The notes beneath the pieces were generated by a model. That model was not told where the DNA came from. It saw only the letters and a program-made list of their open reading frames with translations, and ran no database searches. Of a stretch of DNA of 64,000 nucleotides, positions 21,310 to 31,652 are shown piece by piece. Position numbers and translations under genes: made by a program. Each line of letters starts with the position of its first letter. Position 1 is the first letter of the stretch. Source of the stretch: Hormiphora californensis (taxonomy: Eukaryota; Animalia; Ctenophora); the NCBI GenBank assembly GCA_020137815.1, contig CM035350.1:1488001-1552000 (forward strand). The letters run 5' to 3'.

Positions 21310-22071
21310 TATAAGAAAAAATTGCTAATTTTGTATGAAACCACAGTTTAAAAGGAATTTATGACACAATTATGATCATAAACTAAAGTTTTAACGATCA
21401 GAAAAGCTCTGTTTAATCGTTTATACCCCGTTTTATTTTTTTGTATTTTTTTGTATTTTTTTGTACTTTTTTGTATTTTTTTGTATTTTTTTGTTTGAGG
21501 AAACCCGTGTTTTTTTCCGTACAAACGTACAACAAATAGGTTGGAACCCCCCCCCCCCGGTGTGAAAAGGGGGGTTTGTGTCGGAATAAAACGCAGTGCC
21601 TCTGGGCATAGAAACATAGGGTACATACGGGTAGTAGTAATACAATAAATGATGTGTAGACAAGGTAACTTAGTATATAAATGAGGAACCTTAGCAGATT
21701 TGCATTATATAATCGCTTATGCAATTACATGACACATTAACATATTAACATCAAACTTAACTTATGTCAAATTATGTGGTTAAATTAATTTTCCTTCGCA
21801 TTCCTAGAGACAATTTAGAGGGTTTATAATTTAAAGTATATTAACTTTTATAACGGTAAACGCTCAGCGAGGCACAACATATATTAGGATAAATTCTTAC
21901 ATTAATTCCTACATTATTTATCTCACTCACACTTTATCTACACCTTGAATTACTCACAAATTTATATCAAATAATAGGCTATAGCACCTTTGCAATTTAA
22001 TACATGTGGCGCCAACGAAATGTTCCAGTACACAAATTTTTCAAGCAAAAAATATTTTACAAACACTCACG

Positions 22072-22102
<31 letters not shown>

Positions 22103-23814
22103 ACTTTGTATAAACTTATTGAATATAATATATATTATATGCAATACACTTATCCAAGGTACACACAACTTATACATAACCGAGACAATTCACAAAACAT
22201 CAATATATAATACCCAATATATATGTAACTGTTTTTAAACTAAAACTAAACCTACAACTGCGGACTGCCTACACTTCCGTCCCAGCTGGGTAGGGAGGAG
22301 GAAACCCCGCAAGAGAAGGAGGATTAGTGATGGACTCACTTCCCTTTTTTTCTCACATTTCTCCCACACCCAGTGCAGTGTATTGAGGCTTACTTCAAAC
22401 CACAACGCCGCCACACAGTGATCTCTCTCTTTCTCTCTCGACTATCTCGCTCGCATACTTGCTCACTCACCCGTGCCGGTTCACTAAATGTGGGTGTAAT
22501 TTGAGAGAGTAGTTTCAGATAACGTCCAAAAAATTAGTTTCGAAATTTTAAATCTTTTATCAAATACTGGAAAATTAAACCCCCGCATCTTTAATGGACG
22601 TTAGCTGAAAATACGAAACCCCACCTAGTCTAAACAATAAACCTCCACGCATACCTAGATAACATGTATGAAAACATTAAAACAAAAACGTTAAAAATAC
22701 ATATGAATTTTATATAGTATAAAATATATATAATAGAGTATGTTTAACATAATAACGTATATCATGTATACTGAACATATAGGGGGACTACTTCTGCACT
22801 ACAACGTTTCAGTATTGGTTTAAGTTCCGATAATCATTATTACACCGTGGAAAAGTGTAACTATCAAAACTTAACGCAATACTAAATTAGAGCAGTGAGC
22901 ACTGAGCAGGTGACACTATATTTTAGAACTTTCTAATCCTCTCTCTGGCCGTGTCTCACCTTCTAGGTAAATAACAGAACAGCAGCAGCTGCCACATACT
23001 CTTACAATCTCTCGAGAGATGTAAGAGGCATGTGGCAAATATAGTAGGTACTTGAATAAGATCACTCAAGTGAGAGAGAGAGAGAGCTCTAGTATAGCTG
23101 TGTGTGTGTGTGTATGAGAGGAGTCTCAGTGAGGCCTACAGGATGAATAACATCACTTATCCAGCTCTCTCAGTACATCACTGGGTGACTGACTCTACTA
23201 CTACTGCAGCAGACAAACGTCTGAAGACCTTCTAGAGATGAATATCTCGGTACTACTACTGCTGCGATGCTGCTGCTGTCCCTGTATTTTATACACGACT
23301 GAGGAGTATATATATCTTGTATATAATATTCATATCATATACCATCACACATGCACATATAATATAATATCGCTCAATAAACCGTTGTATACTTATCAAA
23401 CACAATTTCAAATAACTAAGTAACAACTTACAAGTAACTAACTTTCAAACGGTTTGAAAAACGTTCATTTAATCAAAATGTATTATTTCCCACTTCCATA
23501 CTCGTGCAGTCTGTTTGTCTGTCTGTCTGTTTGTCAGTCAGTTTGTCTGTTTGTCAGTTTGTCAGTCTGTCTGTTTGTCTGTATGTTTGTCTCTGACTAG
23601 TATACATACCCAATATACACACATATATCAATTATACGTCAACAGAAAATTTGCCGAAGCCGGTTCTATCACTCTTCACGCCCTTTCTCATAATACACCC
23701 CACTTGCTACCACATCGCACAATATCCACATCATAATACACCCGACTATAACTGCCACATCACGCACTACGGATATCCAGTATCCACACACTAGGAATTA
23801 ATACCACACCGTTA

Positions 23815-24813
23815 GGCCAGTCGTATGACGTTTATTTCTGGACATAAAAGTTGTAAATCTTATTCCACTTCTATTGCACTCTAATAGGTCCCTAGAAACA
23901 CCACAAAAACAGCCCGGTCGGTACGTGGTGGAGAACTTGCCTTAATTGGGCCTAATTGGTTACAGGGTATTTTCAGCCTGAAGCCAAAACCATAAGTACC
24001 CTTAGAATAGGAGTAGAGAAAAAACCAAGGGCATTAAAGTGATCAGCGTCCTCGCATTAGTGGGGGTAGGTGCTGGAATTAAGTCTCTATCTCATCTGGT
24101 TAATTAGATAATTGGATAATTAGATCTGCACATAGCCGTTTTTGGCCATATGGCTATAGCCACTTAAAAATGGTTTAGAGACTTTTCGCTGGTGCCATTT
24201 TGTAGGCAATGGCCAAGTTATGGGGGGTCGACGTCGGACTTTTAAGCTCTATCTCCAACCGTTTAGCCGTTATTTGACTTTAAAAGTGCTCAAAATGAGC
24301 AAAAAACGGTAAAAAGCCCGATTTTTAGCACATTTAAAGCCGAATAACGGCTAAACGGTTGGAGATAGAGCTTAAAAGTCCGACGTCGACCCCCCATAAC
24401 ATGGCCATTGCCTACAAAATGGCACCAGTGAAAAGTCTCTAAACCATTCCTAAGTGGCTGTAGCCATATAGCCAAAAAACGGTTATGCGCATAACTAATT
24501 ATCCAATTATCTAATTAACCTGATGAGATAGAGACTTAATTCCAGCACCTACCCCCACTAATGCGAGGACGCTGATCACTTTAATGCCCTTGGTTTTTTT
24601 CTCTACTCCTATTCTAAGGGTACTTATGGTTTTGGCTTCAGGCTGAAAATACAGGTAAAAGGGCGTGGCCGATTTGGGCATTTTCTCCACCACGTACCGA
24701 CCGGGCTGTTTTTGTGGTGTTTCTAGGGACCTATTAGAGTGCAATAGAAGTGGAATTAGATTTACAACTTTTATGTCCATTTTTTATCTAAATCAGACGT
24801 CATACGACTGGCC
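23815..24813. mobile_element. ~1-kb fold-back (palindromic) MITE with TA TSD
   Basis: Ends ggccagtcgtatgacg / cgtcatacgactggcc flanked by TA. The arms are near-identical inverted copies of ~450 bp around a short spacer near 24280-24335. Confidence 0.9.
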
Positions 24814-24875
24814 TAGTGTATAAACAACACCATACTAACACACACACTCAGTATTATTATACCCACGATAAGTTA

Positions 24876-25864
24876 CTACCCGTCATAATTAGTGTTGGAT
24901 GATTTACCACCGCGAGAGTTCCTCCCACCATTACCATACTTCCCTTGGTGGTATGTGTTACCATTACTATAACCATTGTTATTGTAATGGGTGTTATAAT
25001 CTTCATACCCATACCCGTACATGTCCCTGCTGTTATGGTAACCATGGTGACCACCCCCATAGTAACCGGCACCTCCATAGTAACCAGCATAGTTAGCGTA
25101 GTAGTCATAGTTACCGGGTGGACCCCCGTAGTAACCACCATATCCATAAGGAGCGGCTGCACCAGGAGGGAACTCTCCACCCCACAGTCCCTTCCTTTGC
25201 CTCTCAATAGCCTTGATCTTCCGTTGTACAGGGTGGTTATCATCAAATTTCTTCTTACATTCCACCTCGAATGACTCAATGACGTGTCGAGCGCTATCTG
25301 GTGGTACCTTGCTCCTCGTCACCTGCTCCACAGCCAGGGGACTCTTAAACTGAATGAAACAGAAACTCTTCCGTTCGTTTGTCTGTTTGTTAAACACAAA
25401 CTGTATCTCGTCAATCTCTCCAAAGGTTGAAAAGTATTCCCGAAGGTGGTCCTCCGTCAGATCGGCCGGCAGTTTGCCAATGAATATTTTGTTAGTCTGC
25501 ATCTTCTCAGCACGAGTCCTGGCCTTCTCTACAGTTACCTTTCTATTGTCTATCACGTGTTCCTCCTCTGCAAGTGCCTTCTCCAGGGACTCGATCACTT
25601 TGTAAACGATAAAGGCGAAACCACGTGAACTACCGTCTGGATACCGTTTCAAGTCCAACTTCTCAATCTCTCCATACTGAGAGAAGTAATCGTGGACCGT
25701 CTCTTCTAGAGAGGTAAAGGATAGGTGTAAGACTATAATCTTCGTGGACTCATTCTCGTCAGAGTGATTGTTCTGGTTGGTAGGGAGTGGAGGGGAGGAG
25801 GGGGTGTCGGGTTGTTCCAGTTCTGGTGTTGTTGTGATACGGAGCCATCACACTCTTCAGACAT
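24876..25864 (-). CDS. hnRNP D/AB-like tandem-RRM protein, copy 3; 5' end needs a 68-nt intron or a frameshift
   Basis: The RRM frame (TKIIVLHL...RGFAFIVY; KIFIGKL...RKSFCFI; Y/G/N-rich tail) has no in-frame ATG. ATG 25864 (MSEECDGS, cf. copy 2 MSEEGG) comes into frame if intron 25840-25773 (gtatca...ccctaccaaccag) is removed. Confidence 0.78.
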
Positions 25865-28831
25865 ACCCACCTGGAGATAGGGTGAGAGGGTGGTTAGTGA
25901 AGGAGATAGAGAATAAAGTGAGCAAAGCAGGGTGACTGAGGGTCTGGATGCAGGGAACGGAGAGGGTCAGGTCTGGGTAGCAAACGATCGTTGACATAAC
26001 GATAGAGAAAGGGAGACTGGGGTGGTAGGATTGAGTTGACGCAATAAAAGACAGTTGCTAAAGAAAAACGACAGTTTAAAAGAAAAAACAGCCACACACT
26101 GGCCTTCACTTGACATCCCGTGTATTATACTACCATCAAAACTATGATTGAAACACGTAAATACATACCCGTACTTGTAGAGCACTGCTAAACATGTGCA
26201 GTGACAGTGGTGCTCCGTCATATAATACAGATACTGGCCGCCCGAATATACTATGCAGTATGGGTGGTCAATATAGGGATATATGAGGGAGTACCACTGT
26301 AAGAATTAATATATGACGGCGAGGATGATAAACTGTGTGGCTCACTCTCACTCACTCTATATAATAATTATATATATAATACTCGTATATAATATATACT
26401 CAGGGGACACTCCTGGCTGATATATGGAACACACACTCTCTCTCGACAACTATTAGTATGATCGAGAGAGGGATTGTGACTATCAAGACAACACAGGGGC
26501 TCTTAAAAAGATATCCCACTTAACTTTAACATTTTTGAAATGCACGAGATAGGTCAATGTGACGCAATAGATATAGATATGTATATATTATTATGTGCTG
26601 TACACCTCCAATACATACTGCCCTCCCCGACCCCCCTCAATCTCTCTGTATGGATTGGAGAGAGAGAGAGCTTGATATCGTAGAGCTCTCAATGATAAGC
26701 AATCAGCTGGTCCGAGAGGGAGAGAGGGGGACAAGGAGGGCTGTATGGGAGGGTGGGCCAATGTAAAACCAGGGACTTCACCAATTGGAAAGCGGGAGCC
26801 TCAAATCAAATTCAACTTCCATAATTGAGAGTGTGACGGGGAAAATAATAATTATCATAATTTTATAATTTATATATCGCACACTCACGGGGACAATAAT
26901 AATAATAATATGTTATAGAGCTATTTGTACATTTATCACTTGCCAATAATTTTCAAACCAAAATAAAAGACACAAAAATTCACACACGTGAAGAAGATAT
27001 ATATATATCCTGAGAACGGGCCCCAGTGGTACACGATTAGGGGAACCACTGGGGAACGGGATGCCATTTTATAAACAAATTGTTGGGGAGAGTAAAAAAG
27101 TACCCAGGTTTCCACTATCTCTATTGAAACAAGATATAATTATTGCAGTGTAATATAATATTGACATCCCCACCATCATCATAAAGCAACGATTTCTTTC
27201 TCTCACTCTCACCATGCCCAAACTTGCTCAAAATTCACACAGACCCACACACAGACTCACAATTCACACTCACACATCTCACACATTTCACACTCACACA
27301 TTTCACACTCACACATATATCCGTGTGGGATTGAAGCCTGTATGATATATTGATCACACAACATTCGAACTCTTCCAGCTAGAACCGAGGAATAATTCCC
27401 AGGCTCTAGTTCACCTTGTGCGTGTGTAAAATCAGGGTGATGGGGTTGCAATCTATAGAACAGATCTCTAATACATAGTAGTTGTATAGTAACCATGCCA
27501 TTGCAATACACTTGAAAATACACACCTGCTGCGGTGTACCCTGACCCTAACATATAGCACTTTATACCCTTATATCACATCACAATATATAACATGACAG
27601 AATGTGTGTGTGTGTGTGTGTGTGCGTGTGTCACACACACACACTTTACCATTCTCGTTCTGACAACAGCGGGTCAATAATTTATCACCTAATATCTTAA
27701 CTTAGTATATTATAAAATATGTAGTGAGAAAACAGGGAGTGCAATCTTACAAGCTCACTACCACTACACAACACATCATAAACAACTTACAACTACCCCG
27801 GTAACACACCATCACACACTGTGTCATGTGTGGGAGGTAGTGTGTGTGAACTGGTCGGCGCGGTGTGAGGGTGTGAGTATGACGACGTCATCATGACGTC
27901 ACACCCACCACACCACCACCAGATACACATACCAACACACTCACACAACAAGTGCAGTTTTGGTGTGATATACCGAGCAAAAAAACTTGAGAAAAAGAAA
28001 TAGAGATACCATAGAGATTGCCTGTAGGTGCGTGTGTTACCAATAATTCTCTCTCAATATATATATCGTCTCTATCTATCCCTCACTCACTCTCTCATCT
28101 CATTCCCAATCTCCAAAACTACTCCATCGCCACCACACGAACACCACCAAGTATAAGAAAACCCAACCTTTTTATCACAGAACGGGAGCATACAAATCTC
28201 TGTCAGGTCAGACACACAAGATTTGGAGACTATGTCCTGATCAAGAAAAATTGGACATAAGGTAGAAAGGGCTTCATAATGTATATAAGTCGAGCGGTAA
28301 ACATGGATTACTAAATATGTGTGGTGCAATTAATATAGCTAGGTGTGCTTATCGTGTGGCTCAAAGAACACGCACACACACTGCTCAAATATATGTCTCT
28401 CGTTCTCTCTCACGACGTGGTGATCAGTATATAAACTATAAAGGTCTAAAAAGCAAAACAGTTAATATGAATTTTGGGTTAGAACGTATAACAATGTAAC
28501 ACCTTACTTAGTATATATATTGCGTTTAGAAACGTGTTTAGCAAGACGTATACATATATCATATTATAGGTGTGTATATATAATCATATATGATGCCGAG
28601 GACTAAAGATAGTGGAGACAAAAAAGATAGATGCTGTGTCGCGGCGACTTTGCAATTAAACTTATAGAGTCTGAAATTATCGAATTTTACAGGCATCACA
28701 AATCCAATAGTTCATCGTCTGTTTACCGATAAAAAATCCTTATCAATTCACTCATCAATGACTGGCCCGCCTCGCAGCGGGCACCTCTCAATCGACCATC
28801 ACCCAATCGGTTCCTTGCCACTAGTATTGTC

Positions 28832-29608
28832 TCAGTAGGGCCTATATCCAAAGGCTCCCCGCTGGCTGCTAGGCCTAAGGGGTCCACCGTACCCGAACGG
28901 GTAGGCGGGTTGGAAGGTGGCAGCAGGGTACCCGTAGTTGCTGTACCCGTAGTAGCTGTACCCAAAGGTATCCAACCCTGGACCCGGATAAATCTCCATC
29001 TGTTGCTTTCGCATTTCCTTGAACTTCTTCTGGATAGGATGTCCCTCAGGAAACTTCTTGCGACATTCCAGTCGAAACTTTCCTATCTTGTGGACAACGC
29101 TGCGAGGCGGATTCTTTCCGTTTACCGCCTTTTCCACGGCCTCGGTAGTAGCAAAAACAATGAAACAAAAGTGCTTCCTCCGCTGGGTATCTTGGTCAAT
29201 GACTGTTTCAATTTTCTCAATTTGGCCAAACTGGTCGAAGAACTCTGTGATTTCTTGCTCGGTAAGGGACTCAGGTAGGCCGCCAACAAACAGTTTGTTG
29301 GTCTTGGTGCGGTCCTTGTAAGGGATGGCCCGGGCAACCACAACTTCCTTCTCATCTAAAAAATGTTGCTCTTCGACCAACTTATCAATAACAGTGCCAT
29401 CCTGGTAGGTGATAAAACAGAACCCCCGGGACTTTCCAGTTTCATCCACCTTGAGATCCACGTCTCCAATAGTACCATATGACGAGAAGTAGGACTGAAT
29501 AGTTTCCCGAGTGGTACTTTCCTCGAGCAGTCGCACGATTATCTTTCTAGAGTCAATGTCATCAACGGTGTCTTCCATCGTGAACCCCTCGTCATTGTAG
29601 CCGGCCAT
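28832..29608 (-). CDS. hnRNP D/AB-like tandem-RRM protein, copy 4
   Basis: 258-aa intronless ORF with RKIIVRLL...RGFCFITY and KLFVGGL...RKHFCFI, and a short Y/G tail ending GYRPY. Confidence 0.85.
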   Translation of the reverse strand: MAGYNDEGFTMEDTVDDIDSRKIIVRLLEESTTRETIQSYFSSYGTIGDVDLKVDETGKSRGFCFITYQDGTVIDKLVEEQHFLDEKEVVVARAIPYKDRTKTNKLFVGGLPESLTEQEITEFFDQFGQIEKIETVIDQDTQRRKHFCFIVFATTEAVEKAVNGKNPPRSVVHKIGKFRLECRKKFPEGHPIQKKFKEMRKQQMEIYPGPGLDTFGYSYYGYSNYGYPAATFQPAYPFGYGGPLRPSSQRGAFGYRPY

Positions 29609-29611
29609 GCA

Positions 29612-29750
29612 GAACTACTACTACTAATGTGGGATGGTGGTAAGTGGAGAACTACTAATGTGGGAGGGTGGTAAGTGGAGAACTAATAATGCGGGAGGGT
29701 GGTTAGTGGAAAACTAATAATGTGGGAGGGTGGTTAGTGGAAAACTACTA
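29612..29750. repeat. 31-bp tandem repeat immediately upstream of the RRM copy 4 ATG
   Basis: Unit actactaatgtgggagggtggtaagtggaga, 4+ copies. On the minus strand each reads branch point-like, pyrimidine tract, then AG. Confidence 0.85.
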
Positions 29751-29948
29751 CAATTAGAAAGAACAGTCTCTAAGCAAATAAGAAAACCAGGCCAGGGGCG
29801 TCGGGAGATGATGGCTCGAGCTTGGCAATGACCATGCAAATGTTGGGGGAATAAGCTTATGATAAGGTTTGAAGCGACGCTTTTGAAAGCAAGGCTGGGT
29901 CATCCGTACGAGAGTCACTTAAGGGGAAGGCACACACGATGGCACGGG

Positions 29949-30221
29949 GGGAAAACGTTAAAATCTGGGTGCCTTTCGTTGCTAACAATTCGTAGTTTTG
30001 GCGCGTGCGACGGGTTAGGGCTATCCCTTAGGGTCTGGTTAGGGTTTGGTTTGGGGTTATCGGATAGGGCTATCGATTCTCTAACAGATACCGTTTAGTT
30101 TACTCAAATTGGCCATGTGGTTGCGTGGCTATAGCCGTTTGAAAAAAGTCGGTCTAAGTGTACTCTTTTGGTAGCGCCCACTGTAAACAGGCTGCAAGGC
30201 ACCCAGATTATAATCGCGCCC
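29949..30221. mobile_element. 273-bp MITE with GGG...CCC ends, 8-bp TSD and telomere-like GGTTAGGG motifs
   Basis: Inner TIR aatctgggtgcctt / aaggcacccagatt. GGCACGGG is duplicated at 29941-29948 and 30222-30229. Confidence 0.7.
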
Positions 30222-31652
30222 GGCACGGGGATGAAAAGGGTCTCAAAAATATTTTAAAATTTGTGAGGTCAAACAACAACGCTGAGCTCCGGCTGCGTCG
30301 TGATTAAAAAAGTTGCAATACCTGAATCGCGGCGCGTTTTGTAATTGCGCGTGACACAGCTGTGCTGACAACTTTTGTTCTCATGCAAGGTGCAACACGC
30401 GCGCGACGTCTAAGCTCGCCATGTCCAGGATCCATATTTTGAATCTTCAGCGATCAAAACACAACAGTTAGATTAATAATCTGATGTCGCCCTAATTTTG
30501 ATGAATCGATGACACCTCTCAATTTTATTAATTTCTGGTGATGATAAGAAACGAAGCCGAGCTCTCGATAATCCCAATTCCTGAAAACTTCGTGGCGGGA
30601 TAGAGGAGAATATTGCACTTTGGAGGCCTCTCAGTCTCTACGAAGCTATGATCAATCCAATTAGGATGATTATTTCCGGATTTAATTCAATCTAACTGAA
30701 TCATTATGAGTAGGGTAGGTTTGGGATATATTTATTTGATTTTAACCAAGCTTCCCTTCCATTTTTTTCATCGCTTCAGAATCATTGCATCAAATGCCCC
30801 CATGTATGCCCTTCAAGCCACATAGTTTTTTTTCAGACATAGAGAAGGTCGAGCAAGGCACCCTTAAATAAAAAATTGGACTTCTTCGACCCATCTCCAG
30901 TGCCATACTGCCACCTTTATATTCAAAATACAGAGCAACATGTGCATATAATGGCACAAATATGCGTGAAGGGTGGCTGATGGAGTCAGGGGGAACCGAC
31001 CCATGAAAATCTCATTAACTTTCAGCTTTTCCTCCGAACTGCAACCATTTTTATAGGGGGGAGAAAGAATGGACAAATGGGTTCAGTGACTGAAAATAAG
31101 AAACAAATTCAGTACACAACATAATAAATTGTTATTCTCTTTCTCAATAAATGTTATAAAGAAATGTTACTTTGCTTAAAAAATGCACAAAAACTAAAAC
31201 AATCGCAGTCCAGTTTTTACATCACCAATGTATATCATCGGTTATACTCCATAATGAATCGGCAGTGTTTTGTCGTCGCTTTGTCAGTTGTCCTCACCTT
31301 TTGTCAGTTTGTCGTCTGTCGCTTTAATTCCAATCGTGGGCATGCATTGATCGTATACCTAATAACACATTAAAATATAACTTCATGCGTGGTACATATG
31401 ATATGAGTCTCATGATAAATCAGATGTGATGATTATGTACGACTAGAGACTCGGTGATTTATTTCAGGAAGAAATACTGAAATAAGTTATCTAGTCTCTC
31501 TTCGTACATAACCAAATAAAATCAGATTTGTTTTCCTAGTGAATCCTATATAAAATGTCTTTGCTCCTAATCAAGTGAAGCGAATAGAGAGTGTCTCTAT
31601 TTCCCAACAGAGCACACAGAGTGTCTCTATTTCCCAACAGAGCACAGTGTCT

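Larger units (their letters stand above)
19137..21558. mobile_element. 2.4-kb non-autonomous TIR element with poly-G termini and 8-bp TSD, carrying an internal 63-bp satellite and two nested elements
   Basis: TIR gggggggttccaacctattt / aaataggttggaacccccccc. TSD GGTGTGAA at 19129-19136 and 21559-21566. Confidence 0.8.

Noticed and set aside
22497-22506. TAATTTGAG matches here and at 34321 and 57520 as SL RNA genes
   Set aside because: These are short AT-rich matches expected by chance, without a following donor plus Sm-site arrangement.
30012-30060. TTAGGG-like motifs as an interstitial telomere
   Set aside because: There are only a few degenerate units, and they lie inside a TSD-flanked MITE.
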